A stretch of 62,986 bases of DNA, the filler included, from Dimorphilus gyrociliatus (Eukaryota > Animalia > Annelida): NCBI GenBank assembly GCA_904063045.1. It is 4 parts of 4 records of this genome, joined end to end, with 100 filler letters (N's around TTAATTAATTAA, not from the genome) between each part and the next. Parts side by side here need not be neighbours in the genome. Positions count along the whole stretch, not along the records: positions 1 to 24,675 come from CAJFCJ010000165.1; 3 more parts are not named here. One strand, written 5' to 3'. The stretch's first letter is position 1. Each line of letters starts with the position of its first letter. The notes beneath the pieces are model-generated. The model did not search any database and had not been told where the DNA came from. It saw only the letters and a program-made list of their open reading frames with translations. The translations under genes were made by a program, and so were the position numbers. This document shows positions 1-12,893 of this stretch, piece after piece.

Positions 1-689
1 CTGTTTGGATTGTGGTAAAACAATAAATGAACTAATTTTCACAACACAAAATCAATTTGCAAATTTAAATTCGTGGTGGTGTGCCAATAATAAATTAGTC
101 ATAAGTCGTTTTTAGTGTTTTAGACCGGATATAACAATTACTTTTAATGACTAAGATAAACGGTTCAACATTATAAATTATTCATAATATTTGAATAGTT
201 TAAAGCTTTTTTTCTACACATTTAAATAATTGTAAAAAGAATTGAAAGTTTATCAATATAGTTACAAAAGTCTTAAGAAAAAATAATATCTGAAACTGAA
301 TAATCATTAATCAAGTATTGTCTGTTTCAATCTTGAAAGTTTTTTCAATCAGTTCAAGTATAAAAGAATGAATATAAAAGTACTCATTTATAGAACTCAG
401 TAAAGCTTTCTTTAGCAGAAATTGTTGAACAAGATGGTTGACAAAGTTAAGAATTTTAAAATGTTTCTTCATATTTTTCAAGTTAGCTGCTTAATATCGA
501 TCTCAGCTGCAACGATAAAATACAGTTTTGTATTTCTATATTTTTTATTGTTTGTGGTAATTTTAAAAATATGTTGGATACTATGCTAAAACTTGAAGCA
601 AAAGTTATGACATCTCAGTAGTTATTTATTTATATGTTGTTAGGGTGAAAGTATAAAGCAAGTAAAGTATTTTTTCAAACAATTTCTAG

Positions 690-2703
690 GTGGAAAATTG
701 ATAAATATTGCTGACAAGTCGATGAATCCTAGCTGTCAATGTGAATCCGTAAAAGGCCCATACAAAACATTCAACTTTGAATGTGAAAATGTTCTTTATC
801 CTAATTGGGTGGAATTAGATTCTTGGATAACAAGTTGTACTAACTGCTACTATCAAAGGATTACATTAACTTTTAAAAAGAAATATGATATTTTCGAATT
901 TTGTGTATCTCAATCCTATTTAGGTATAAAAAACAAAGTAAATGATATTCAATTTACTTTTAGCAGTAGCCAAAACTTCAGTGTCAAACTGGATCAAATC
1001 GGAAGTATAGAGTGTTTTCTACCGAAATTGAACTATGGAAAACAACAACAAAAGCTCGACATATTTGTAAGTAATTCATATGATGACTTTAACACTGGCC
1101 TAAGTTCAATATTGATCTATGCTTATGATGATGGTTAATAACTTTTATAAATAAGCTTAAAATACCGTGTAAACGTACTCTTTGAGTTGCAGATATTACA
1201 GAAAATACAGACTTTTTTATAGATGTATCATCCATTGAAAATGGAGCAACTTGTACAGCAAAAACTGAATACAAGCAGAAAAGGAAATGCGAACATGCAC
1301 TAGACTTTATAAATGCAATGTATGACAGTTACCAAGAGTGGACTTCTTCTTGCGTTGAAAATAAGTGCATTGGACAGTATATTAAAATTAATTTTAAAAT
1401 CTATGGCAAACCAGATATCTTTTGCTTTACAAATAGGTAATCTATACAAATTTACTAATGAAAATTGATTTCCATTACATAATTTTATCTTACATTTCAC
1501 TCAAAAGACAATATACTGAAAAATATATGACAAAGATCAAAGTAAGATGGACATCTGGTTTCGTCAAACTTCTCAACCTAAAACCACACCCATATCAGCA
1601 ATGTTTTAATTATTCTAGTGAATTTATTGAAACTGGATTTCATGTTGAAGTAAAAGCTACATCAAATGGTAATAATGTTGGATTTGGGAAAGTTCAAGTT
1701 TTTATAAAAGGTTTAAAAATGTAATAATTTTAACTATTAAATTTTTTTAAGCTTGTTTTTCTCTGTGCTACAGATACACTTGGAAGGGAATATGCTTTAA
1801 AAGACACTTCAAAATATGCTTACACTCTTCCATCTTATGTTCTTGATCATTTCAAATCATTTAGTTTTAGTTTATTCAAAAGAGAATACTCTAACAAAGA
1901 TTGTGGTGAAATCCTTGTTTCATTCTATTCAAATGATAATGAAATTTTCCAAATTTTCATATCAAATACAATAAACAGTTATATTAAGGTCATCAATACT
2001 AATACTACATCAAGTACATCTGTAATTCAAAATTACATCAATTGCAATCAATTAAATGACTTTTGGATAACTACAACTAATGGTATGATTCAATTTGGTA
2101 AAGGTTTAACATATAATGTAAATAAGGAGATTAGTACTGAATTCCATGTAAACAATATATCTCAAATTGTGTGGCAAAACACTCAACCTGACTTTGAAAA
2201 TTATATTAAAATTAATGATTTAGGTATCATTTCATTTTCTTTTGAATAAACAACATCTCTTTAATAATGATTGACTTTTGTCGAAAATAGATGGAAAAGT
2301 TGTTTATTTACATGACAAGGAATCGTGTACAAAAATTACAAACAAGAATTTATCAGACAAACTAATTTCAACTTGTGTTAATTTACCAACAAAATCAAAT
2401 ATAATTGAAACATACAATTTAAATGGAATAGTATACAATTTAAAAGATATTGAACCGGAAGTAGTTTTAAAATTTCACAAAGATCTACAACATTTGATTA
2501 AAGTTCAAGTATATTTTAACAATTTGTAATACGATGAATATGGAGAATATTGTGATACGAAAATCTCTGCTATTAGTAATAATAATCATCATAGATACAT
2601 TTTGTCTTGCGGTACAGAAAGTACTAATATTACAAAATTGTACTTTAAGATAACAACTGAAATACCTTTAAGTAATGTTGAAATTTGCTATGTTTATCCC
2701 TGA
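690..2703 (+). CDS. Multi-exon gene for a Cys-containing modular protein (discoidin/F5-8-like segments plus a FAMeT/Methyltransf_FA-like segment); 5' end not resolved; one in-frame TAA in the last exon
   Basis: Exons 690-1133, 1193-1436, 1508-1710, 1774-2223 and 2291-2703 join in frame through GT-AG introns of 59-71 nt. Motifs: ATCTAKTEY..KCEHALD..EWTSSC..CIGQYIKINF (discoidin-like) and YINCNQLNDFWITTTNGMIQFGKG (FAMeT-like). The TAA at 2527-2529 is followed by 57 open codons ending VEICYVYP. Domain names are inferred by eye. Confidence 0.55.
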
Positions 2704-3498
2704 TTACTAATTTCATGAAATACAACTTTACTTTGATTATGATCATTTTATTTTAAAATAAATAATAAGCTGAATTTCTAATTATTTCCTTTATCAAGAT
2801 CCATAACTGAGTTATGGTTGGGATAAATTCTATCTACGTTTTAGCAATTCTTATTTGTAAAGCATAATAAATTCATTCATCGCTAACTTTAAATTATGTT
2901 ACCATTCGTCCATTGTATCATATGTCTATTGCTGACAATACTATCCTTTTGATTTTTTCTTACTGTAGATGTATTTTGAAATCATGACTGATTGTCTTGA
3001 TGCTCCTATTCAATTTATTCCTTGGAGCACTTCTTGGATATAACAGTTATCCGGCTCCTAGTAGGATGGACTGATGGGCTGTTGTAATTGATGGGGAAAG
3101 GACATTTCGGGCAATTTTAAAACAGTTTAGCCCAGGACATGGTGTCTCACTTGGAGATATTTCTAGTACAAAATAATTGATAAATGTGATAATTATTGTA
3201 AGTTCATGGAGTGTTTGCATGTCTTGGAGTACATCTCCAGGTGATGGAACATTCATTTTTCTATTTACAGAATATAAACAAATTTTGTGTATGAGTAATT
3301 CTTTACCTTTTAACAATTTTTTAAATCATCTGAGCAAGTTTCAATAATGTTACATTGTTTCTCCATCTCAAATGAAATGTATAAAAGATAGTTATTGAAT
3401 ATATTGGAAAGAGAGAATATGTTCTATCCAGAATTTCAGACCCTGAATGTCAGCAGTTCCAAATTTCTATCAATTCTATTTGGGAAAAATTTGGACAT

Positions 3499-3693
3499 GA
3501 CAGAAAACGTCCCCAAATTCATGGTTTAACCCTAACCCAAACCTAGCCCTTGTCTCTCCTTAACCTTTTTGATTACCCCTAATCCTTAGATGGATCCCCC
3601 CTAACTATAAATCAAAAGCTACGTTACTCCTCCTAACCACTATTCAATCCGAAATGTTGCCTTCAAAAATCCCACCTAGGGACGTTTTCTGTC
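3499..3693 (+). mobile_element. MITE-like element with internal CCTAAC (telomere-like) motifs, family A
   Basis: Perfect 15-bp inverted repeat GACAGAAAACGTCCC (3499) / GGGACGTTTTCTGTC (3679-3693). The interior aligns with the copy at 23713-23917. Confidence 0.8.
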
Positions 3694-3797
3694 GGCCCAG
3701 ATAACTTAAACAACAGTACCTTAAACTGGTAAAGATAAAGATATCAAAGCATTCTAAAACCATCAAACATACCGAAGTATTTAAATAAATCAGATAA

Positions 3798-3951
3798 GAC
3801 AGAAAATGTCAACCAATGCCTGATTTTAACTCAGCCCTTGGCTGTACCTAAACTTTAGAGGAAGCCCTCCTTAGTATAAATCATCTTCTTCCCAACCATT
3901 TTTTAATTTAAAATCTGGCCTTGAAATTTCTCATTTTGTGGACATTTTATC
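3798..3951 (+). mobile_element. Degenerate relative of the family A MITE (subfamily B)
   Basis: Starts GACAGAAAATGTC and ends GTGGACATTTTATC. The internal CTGGCCTTGAAATTTCTCATTTTGTGGA recurs near 33430-33470, and CAGCCCTTGGCTGTACCTA recurs inverted near 30740-30762. Confidence 0.55.
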
Positions 3952-5091
3952 AATTCAAAAATATTTAATAAACTAAACTTTGTATGTTTGTAACAAATAT
4001 TTTATGAATTTTCTTATAGGAAGTAGCAATATAAATACTTATGATACATAAACTTTGAATGCTGGATAGAACGTCTCCTGGACAAAACATTCCCGTCATC
4101 TTGAAAGACATTTGTTGAATGTTTCCACCATTCCTCTGATCCAATAATCCTTTAATAGGTTTAATAGCTTCCAGTTTATCCCTTATATTAACAAGAGCAC
4201 CCCCAATTCTTGTATTTAAAATGTTCACAAATAACTTTGCTGAAAAAATGATTATATGGTTTACCTCAACTTTTTTATAAAGAGTTTGGGTCCAGTGCAA
4301 GATGCCATTTATTCTAGAGACTCTTTTAGTTCTTGCAGGGTGGCAACCAGTATTATCTTGCTGGATGATGTACCTTCTGTCTATTTTAGCGAGACATTTT
4401 TTCAATTAAAGAAAGAATATCTTCTACAAGAAAGCAGCTATAATTGTTTTTCTTTCTGAAAGTCTCTTTTGACAACTCTTAGTCTCTTGTACTGATGGCT
4501 TAAAATTTTAAAATATTGCTAATTGAGTATGATAAAATCAGATAAATGAAATAAAATGTTATGCATTTTTTAAATAGATCGTTTCGTTTATTACATTGAT
4601 TTGTTAATGATTTGAAATTCTTAATTGCTTTAGTTCAGTAAACTTTTGTCTGATAATATCAAGCTCTTTTCATCTTTTTTAACGTTTTTCTTTGGTATTT
4701 ATCAATTATGATTATGATTTTTGTCTTTTTTTACCTTTCGTCATTCAATTCTCTTTAAATTTTGTTTAAATAATTCAAATTCATTCATAGAAAAAGTTTT
4801 ATAATTTTTGTAGTTTTAACGCAAACATGAAACATTTGTATTTTCTTACATAATTTTTAAGCAGTGTGTCCATATGTTGTATAAAATTTATTGGTTTAAG
4901 CATAAAATATATCGACATTTAAGGAATATTAATTTAAAATTAACAATAAAAATTGATACTAAATGATTTATTCAAAAGATAAAATAGGTACTCAGATGAT
5001 AACTTATTTGGAATGAAACTGTACGAGTATATATACAATTTGTTATTTGGTCTGTCAAGTTGATGATGTCATAGAGAGCCTTTTAGAGATG

Positions 5092-6744
5092 TTAGTTAAT
5101 TGATTTATAAAGGTAATTAGATATTTTTAATGGTTTTAAAATATCATTTACATTCAACAGCCAACAGTTTTGTGATCCATATCTACCTCTTCTACTCCCC
5201 TTAATTAAATCATTTCCAATGAGAATTGAAACAAATTGCCAATCATTGTCATTTCCCTCTAATTGAACTTGTGGATAAAATTTATACTTTTTTTTGCCAA
5301 TATCACCAAAAATTCCATTAATTTTCTTATAATCTACAGATAATAATTTAAAATTGATGTTTAAATGTTTTTCAGTAAAACTATGAAGTGATTTCTCAAC
5401 ATGAATTTGTAGAAATGAATCTTTCAAGGATGAAAGAAATATTTCATTTTCAATTATTTCATATTCAAAGAATTCTGATTTAAACTTAATATTATTTGAA
5501 TTACTATTTTCCCATTGCAATAAATTTTTATTGTCTAAAATTATAGAATTTGTTTCTATTGTTATATTACCAAAAACGGATTTAATTATTATTTTATGCA
5601 TGTAATAATCATCTTTAAGTTGTCCAAAAATTTTAATACCACTTTCACTAAAACCAACTATATGTAAATAGTCATTGGCTGAACCAGTGATATCATAACA
5701 GATTGTTTTCATCTTCAAGCCCAAACTGTCAAAGATATTTTGTTTAAAATGTGGATCACCAATAGCAGAAGCATAGGGGTCAGTATCAGGTGTAAAATAG
5801 ATGGGGATGTCAAAAGTATCTGAAAAATATGGCTGCATTCTTGTGCAATTTACTCTCATTACAGCTGAATTACTGGAACCAACTCGAGTAGCTACTATCA
5901 TATCATTGTCTTCCCTTATAAATTTTTTTCCAGTTTTATTTATTGTGGCTCTACTACTGTCAACAACAGAATAACTGAAAGGCATAATATTCGTAAATAT
6001 TTGGGGGTTGATGTTACTTGACAGTAGTTCAATTTTGAACATTTAACCTACACAAAAGATTCTAAACCCTAAAATGACGTTGTTTAAATTTAATACCAAC
6101 CTGCAATAAATCTCTAAATTGTCACTGTATACAGTAATATTTGCCAATGATTCTTGCTTATTTGACACTTCAACAGCAAAATGAACTGATGGAGGTATTA
6201 CATTATCTGATAGATGTTAAAACATGTCACTAATATATTTTTATATTTCTAAATTCATACTTTCTTCTGCATAAATTTTTGTTTTAAAGTCAAAAGAAAC
6301 AGCATTAATTCCTTCATTACATGTTAAAGTGTGAGTGGCTATAAAATCTTTACTTAAAACACCAAAAATACCATTTGGAGAAATGGCACTTTGCCTTGGG
6401 TCAACAACCTGTATAGTATCTTGATAAATTTCACTGCCATCAGATTTTCTAGCTACATATCTAGAAGATAATGATCACGAAAATAATTAAAATTATAACG
6501 TAATAATTAGTATACAGACTTGCATGTTGGAGAACCAAAAATTTTATGTAGATAACAACCAATACCAGAACTTTCTGTTTTGAAAGCTGGAATAATAATT
6601 TTCAAATTGAAATCATTCGGATTGGCATCAGTTGCTAAAACATAATCACATAGAATTTAGGAAAAATTGTATAGAAATAATAAATCAAACACTACTCAGT
6701 AACAGGCAGGAGAAGAAGAACAAGTAGTTTAGTATAGTCTTCAT
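5092..6744 (-). CDS. Secreted protein with GDPHF motif and ITI-heavy-chain-C/VWD-like C-terminal domain (multi-exon)
   Basis: Signal-peptide-like exon MKTILNYLFFFSCLLL (ATG 6744), several small exons, and a long last exon (ORF 5092-6042) with SAIGDPHFKQ..KTICYDITG..IKIFGQLKDDYYMHKI..CWLLNVNDIL. Clear paralogue at 61095-62250. Confidence 0.7.
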
Positions 6745-7511
6745 TTCTATCTTTCATTGATCTTATAAGCAATTTCACAAAGGTATATACAGTACATATA
6801 TATGTAATAAATCAAACAATGCTACCATTGATTTCAAGACTTGCTCAAAGCTTACAGTGTTTTCATTCTCTTTTGTTGAAAAGCACAAAACATGTAATTA
6901 ACAAATACAAGGCTTCTATTGTACATTTATATCTGTTTGAAGGTATGAATAGAAGCTATCTTTGACTTCTAAGTAGAATTTTTGACAATAGCAAAATTTC
7001 ACTAACATCAATAGAGACTAAGAAACGTACTATTAACATTTATTGATCAACACTGAATCAGAGAGAGTATTGTTCAATTTATTAAAGAAATACAATGTGT
7101 ATCTGTCAATTCAAAAAATGAATTTTAAAATGGCAGCCATTCAATATTTTCTTGATAAAGATTGATATGAATGTGGAAATTTGGTTAGAAATGTGTATAA
7201 GAAATTATTTGTACTTAATAAAAAAGTGAAGCAATGTATGTTTTCAAGAAGAGCACTGCAATTTTTTTAAATAAACAGTGATTTTCTTTTTGACAATTAT
7301 CCAAACAGACATTAAATAGTAATCAAAGTATAATTTTATTGGCTTTTATCTTCATTTAACATTTTCTTGATTATGTAAATTGTATCTTACTAATACTCCT
7401 CTTTCCTGATTTGAAATCCATGTAGATAAAAATAAACTATACTCAGATTATAATATTTCAAAATTGTAAAAACATGATCAGATTAAGTGGTAATTTTCAG
7501 CAAATTGTACT

Positions 7512-7989
7512 TTTTTACCTGTGTTTCCTTCCTGAATTGTACAATTTTGAATACTTGTATTATCACCAGGGCAATCAGTTCCCCCTTATTTCGGAACTGG
7601 ATTATTACACTCTCGTTTTCTTATTGTCTTATTTTCATTAGAACAGCCGCCCCATTATCCCCAATTTGACCATCCTCCATCAGTAGGACACGGCTTTGTA
7701 TAGATCATTCTGACCAGTTTAGTGAATCTAAAATGAGAAAAAAAAACATTAAAAACTTATTTGACTATTAAATATAAATTTTCTTACCGTAAGAATAAAC
7801 TGGTAAATTCTCAGAAAGTAGAGTAATAGAGACAAGTACAATTTTCATTTGCTTTCTCTTTCCTTCTTTATTGAATAAAAGAGAACCAAAACTTTTAGAC
7901 TGTATCTTCTCTTTTGGGAGTAGCTGTGGACTGAATTTTTCAACTTTTGTTAGAAAGCAAATTGAGATGATTAATGATTTAAATGACAT
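7512..7989 (-). pseudogene. Thrombospondin type-1 (TSP1) repeat gene remnant
   Basis: Minus strand reads PCPTDGGWSNWG*WGGCSNENKTIRKRECNNPVPK*GGTDCPG, a canonical TSP1 pattern with in-frame TAA at 7655-7657 and 7586-7588. A signal-like ORF lies at 7768-7989 upstream. Confidence 0.75.
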
Positions 7990-8958
7990 TTGCTTCTCTT
8001 ACGTTTTCAATGAAATAGCTAATTCAACTATAATTTAGCCTATCATATCACATGCAAATATATCCAATCATTGTTCTGTGAAGATAGGTTACAAAATAGT
8101 TGAACCATTCAAGATTATATTATATCTAGATATCTACCCCAACACTTCTATTATATAATAAGTATCATTTACACAATATCTATTAACTATAGTTCATAAG
8201 AATACAACATCTTTTTCAATTTTTCCAATGATGCGGTCAGTTTAAATATTTGAAATATTCTAAATATTTGAAATAATCCCTTTTCAATATATTAATTGTT
8301 GTTGATGGCATTTCAATGTATTATGGATTTGAACTCTTCCAATAGAGCAGAAAGATTAATGATGATGTCTGTGATATTATAGCGTTGACCCAGATTGTCA
8401 AGATATTGTGAAATCTTCAGTCGATTAGGTAGGAAAATAGAAATTTTAATAAAGCTATTATATATATGAAAATGAACTAGGTTACGGATGCGTATAGGCC
8501 TCTTTAACATCATTATAATTGTTTATAATGTACAACTTTGATTTTATTTTATACTTAAAATTTATAGAAATCTGATTAGAAAAACCTATGTAGGAAAATA
8601 CAGTGAGATAGTTCATCAATTGTAAAGCAATGATTGAATGTTAAAAAGCATAATTAGACAATATACATCATTATCAATTCACTCCAATCATCTAATCATC
8701 GTATACACTCTCCAAAGTGAAACTCTGTTTCAACCATTTCCTCTTTCAAAATGGTTGCCATTTTACTTTTCAAAAATATTTCATTTTTTAAATAGTAATT
8801 CATTATGATGAATTATTAATAATGTGTAAAATCACTGTATGTAATCAAAGTCAGTAATAAATTGAAGATAAACTCACATTTAACTCAAAATTTATACTAT
8901 TTGATCAAAATATAAACATACATCTATAATCAAACCATTCATTCAAAAATACACCTGG

Positions 8959-9445
8959 GTGCAATCACACCAACCTTGGATACGTTTATATTTTCAAGAA
9001 TGGAAGCCAAAAAGGAAACTATTAATGATTGACAATGGTTTTTCATATACAATAAAAGAATATAGAGAGAACTTCAGAATATGGAGATGCAGTGTGAGAT
9101 ATAAAAACAGAAAATATTGTGAAAGTATAAATGAATATAAGGCTAATTGCCAAATAGGCTTCAAACAACACATTCATCCTGCAGCCTCAAATTTGGAAAA
9201 GATCACAGAAATGAAAAGAAGAAAAAATAGACCAAAGGAACCGGAATCAATAGCTTTTCTGCTAAATTTTACATTTATTCCAAATGGAATTTTCAGGAGA
9301 GGATATTCATAAAAAATGTGAAAGAATAACAATTTTTGGAACTGACCATCAATTACAACTAGTATCTTCTGCAAAGATTTGGTTTTTAGATGGAAGTTTC
9401 TATTTTGTAAACCCTCCCTTCAAATAGCTGTTTTTCATTCACTCA
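8959..9445 (+). mobile_element. Degenerate Mutator/MULE transposase fragment (FLYWCH zinc finger plus first catalytic motif)
   Basis: LMIDNGFSY..WRCSVRYKNRKYC..QHIH matches FLYWCH. Downstream in another frame, WFLDGSFYFVNPPFK*LFFIH matches the MULE DGTF..F.QL..IH motif. Stops and frameshifts are present. Confidence 0.75.
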
Positions 9446-9789
9446 AATTGTTCTAAAATATATTTTTAACATTAGATGTGCTCCACTTTTTAGTTCAAGT
9501 TGTTACTTTTAGTAGTTTCTCTTTTTTCTAATTGTTTTTATGTTCTTTCATTTTCATTAAATAAATATCTTCAAACTATTCTTATCATTTATAGTAATCG
9601 ATATTATTTTTTACATAAAACTAGGTCTTTGGCCACTTTCAATCACAGCTCTGGCCGTTTTCTACCATATTTCTGCAGAAAACACCAACCAGGATAAGCA
9701 GAATGAAACGATTGTTTATTTCTAATTCATTGTCTTAAGAAACACAGACAGTAACTTGAAATGTTGAGAAAATTCTCAAGCAAATAATG

Positions 9790-9980
9790 TCCACAATTTA
9801 ATAGCTAGTCTTCAATGTAAAATTTGTTTAAATCATTTAGCAAATGTTCAACTGTTGTCTTGCAATCATGTCATTGTTTGCAAAAATTGTCTACTAAATC
9901 TTCGAAAGACAAAATGTCCAATTTGCCAACAATTCCTTAGAGAAAATGTTATTTTGCAGTCAGATATGGATGATTTATAG
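9790..9980 (+). pseudogene. C3HC4-type RING finger exon (zf-C3HC4_3-like); upstream frame interrupted
   Basis: QCKICLNHLANVQLLSCNHVIVCKNCLLNLRKTKCPICQQ ending TAG at 9978-9980. There is an in-frame TGA at 9765 upstream. Not in the ORF track. Similar RING at 62749-62905. Confidence 0.65.
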
Positions 9981-10576
9981 ATATTCTTTGGAAAGTTAGA
10001 GTGATAAGTAACAGATAGAGAGAAGAATATTTTAAATTATTGAACATTTTATGAATGATACCATCTATTAATTAAAAAATGAAGAAAATATTTGTCATAA
10101 TAAACAACTGATTTGTGTATTTTTTATGACTTTTATCAATAAATTAATATTCAAACAAAGTACATTCTTATACCCTTCGCGAAACTGGGTCAATACTGCT
10201 TATCTCCAACAGTGTTATGTGCACAGTACAATACTACTTATCTATTGTAGAGTATAGCTGACAAATACATGTGTACAATTATGACTTTGACAAAATATCT
10301 TCAAGATTTAGATTACGGCTTTACTAATTAAAAATGGTTTTGGTGTTAATGTTGTCTTTTTAATGAATTAATTTTATAAAAGTACTAAAGAGTGTATTAT
10401 GCACTGTATAATTACAACAAAGGCACTTTTGTCTGGTTAAAAATTTCACTCTTTAATTGCATTTTAAATTAAGTTTGCAATTAAAAAGAAAAAATAATAT
10501 AAAAGTGATACGACTCATCATATTAAAAATATTACAGAAATAAGATTCTTGGGACTTTTAGTTTAAAGAAGAAAAT

Positions 10577-11590
10577 ATGAATGCCTCACTGGATTTTAGT
10601 GATATTTATCCACATTCAATCAGATGGATTCTCACTGATCTTGTTCCAATTACGTCATTGGTACTCGCATCAGTAATTGGTATTCCATTTAATTTCCTCT
10701 CCATGGTAACAATTATAAAAGGTAACTTAATGAAAACGACTGTTTTTAGATATCTTCTTGCTGTGACAGTCTCTGATCTGATGGTTTGTATCAGTCTGAT
10801 AATACAAGCAGGTAGTCAGATCTCAATACGGTCTATTGGTGAAACAGCGTATTTTTGGTTAGCATGTAGATTCTATACTTATCTATCCCATGTATTTTCT
10901 ATATCATCGTCTCTATGCCTGATCTTTGTTACATTCGATCGACTTTTATGTATAGCTTTTCCAACAAAATCTAAAATTTGGTCAACCAATAAAGTTTGTA
11001 ATTGTATCATTCTGTTTGTAGCCCTATTTTGCATATTGACAGCTATACCTCTATTTTGGATGGTGAATGGAGTTTTTAGAATTTCTCCTGAAATGTTTGA
11101 CTGTACCCTAGATTTTAATTTATCATACATTACCCAATATGTCATATTTTTAAAAGTAATGTCTAGTATCTTTCCATGTATTTGCATGGGACTACTAAAC
11201 GTTTTAATCATCATCTTTCTGAATCGACACATAAAAAAAATGAGCAAGATTAGCAGTAAAGATCATGAAAAAAAGATGAAAGCATCAGCAATAAAACTGA
11301 TTTATTTAACTCTATCACTTTCAATTGTTTTTGTGGTAACAACCTTTTCCTCTGCTATACATGCTATGATTTATATAATTGATCCAATCATCATTTCAAA
11401 TACGCTCGGAATCGTATTTGGGAATGTCTTGCCTTTAATTGGTCATACAAATAACATGGTTAATTTTATATTCTATTGTCTCAATGGTGGAAATTTTAAA
11501 AATGAATTCTATAAACTCATCCTTTGCAAAAATCATCTTCCGAAAGAGAGTTCAATTTCATCTAATTCACAAAAGCGAATACAACAATGA
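10577..11590 (+). CDS. Intronless class A (rhodopsin-like) GPCR, probable peptide receptor, 337 aa
   Basis: Seven hydrophobic segments: GIPFN (TM1), LAVTVSDL (TM2), TFDRLLCIAFP (DRY-like), ECL2 Cys, and NNMVNFIFYCL (NPxxY-like). Confidence 0.9.
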   Translation: MNASLDFSDIYPHSIRWILTDLVPITSLVLASVIGIPFNFLSMVTIIKGNLMKTTVFRYLLAVTVSDLMVCISLIIQAGSQISIRSIGETAYFWLACRFYTYLSHVFSISSSLCLIFVTFDRLLCIAFPTKSKIWSTNKVCNCIILFVALFCILTAIPLFWMVNGVFRISPEMFDCTLDFNLSYITQYVIFLKVMSSIFPCICMGLLNVLIIIFLNRHIKKMSKISSKDHEKKMKASAIKLIYLTLSLSIVFVVTTFSSAIHAMIYIIDPIIISNTLGIVFGNVLPLIGHTNNMVNFIFYCLNGGNFKNEFYKLILCKNHLPKESSISSNSQKRIQQ

Positions 11591-11699
11591 CACTAATATG
11601 GAAATGTCTCAACCTCAGCTTTATAACCGAAAACATCGATATATCATATTGTGGATGTGGCTGTAACATTGTGTTTTCATATAAAATGCAAACAAGCAG

Positions 11700-12893
11700 A
11701 AGTAATATAGTAGCCATTTGTCAGTTGAATAACCCCAATTTGTTGTATGTATCTCATTATACTGTTTTTTTAAGGCATTTTAGTACACTACAAAATTTCA
11801 ATAAAGATATATTTATACCAAGATAGGCCATAGTCTTGGAAGAAATTGTTCAGGTGCCCTACCCACAAATTATTTATAATAAATATGAATTTAAATAGAC
11901 TAAGCACTGCAGAGAAACTATGCCTTAATTATTACAAGGAAGATATAGAAGAAAAACTAAAAATACAATCATTCTTTGATGCATTTTCAACAAAACTAGT
12001 ATCACATAGAGTAATAAATAATCATTGGCAGAGTACACTACTACACTACTTGCCTTACAAGTCTATCAGAGAGTAAAGTTATTTTGGAAGATGATAAAAA
12101 TCAAGTTGAATTCATTGAGTCAAATTTAAAAAGTATAATTCAAATTATTCCAATGACAACAAACAAAGTTGAAATACAGTTTTATCATTTATCCTTTCAA
12201 GAGTTTCTTGCAGCCAAATTTTTAAATGGAAAACTTGAAAGCAAAAACAAAAAACGAAGATTAAAATTGCCTAACTTCTTCACACCAAAGAAGAATGACC
12301 TTGATGAGATTTTTAAAAAACTGAATAATATTAATATTTTTAATGTTATGGAATTTGTAAAACAAAAACACATGGATTTCTTCGAAAGAATTCTCCTACA
12401 TTCTAAAATTGCAAGAAACATGCTTCACTTCAGTGATAACATAAGAAAACTTTTAGAAGAAAGTTTAGAAGAAGAAAATATATTGGAAATAAAGAAAGAA
12501 ATGTTAAGCAATGACATCCTTAACATTATTTTAAATAAATTTGGTAAAACTTTAGAAAATGTTATACTGGTAGACACATCTGTTAATTTGCATATATTAT
12601 TTAAATACTGTTGTGTACATTGTAAAAAATTGCAATCTTTGGAAGTGAGAGATCAAGAAAATTTTGATACCAATGGGATATTACATAAAGAAGACTTTTT
12701 ATTTGAGGATGTTTTAGATTTAACAGTTTTAACAAATATAAAGAAGATACAAATTGGAAACAAATTTATCATTGTGAAAAGTAAAGCTATTTCTCCAAAA
12801 GTTTGTTGCAGAGCAAACATTTTTGGCAATTTGTTTGGATATTTTTCTCAAATTACTATAATGTATTCTTCCAAGTATTACAGAATTCATTGA
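11700..12893 (+). pseudogene. NLR-like (NACHT HD1/winged-helix/HD2) gene remnant, P-loop absent
   Basis: IQFYHLSFQEFLAA is the F.H.S.QEF.AA motif of NACHT-associated domains. The ORFs 11846-12076 and 12084-12893 are joined by a frameshift near 12060 (LPYKS / LSESKVIL). No Walker A motif seen. Confidence 0.65.

Noticed and set aside
1183-1185. Apparent in-frame TGA in the first gene (possible selenocysteine or lesion)
   Set aside because: It falls inside the 59-nt intron 1134-1192.
3047-4405. Two minus-strand ORFs sharing a PGDVL-like motif
   Set aside because: Frames are broken and interrupted by MITEs, and no family was recognised; too weak to call.
2527-7657. Stop-codon reassignment suggested by in-frame TAA codons at 2527, 7586 and 7655
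   Set aside because: The TAA codons replace different expected residues (E/Q and Y), the TSP1 gene also has a TGA and a frameshift, and intact genes here end normally in TAA. Ordinary pseudogenisation explains it.
10879-11247. Antisense ORFs over real genes (also 12197-12421, 13843-14085, 32508-32966, 34166-34369, 44101-44397, 56928-57110, 61485-61697)
   Set aside because: Shadow frames of genuine CDSs with no recognisable motifs.
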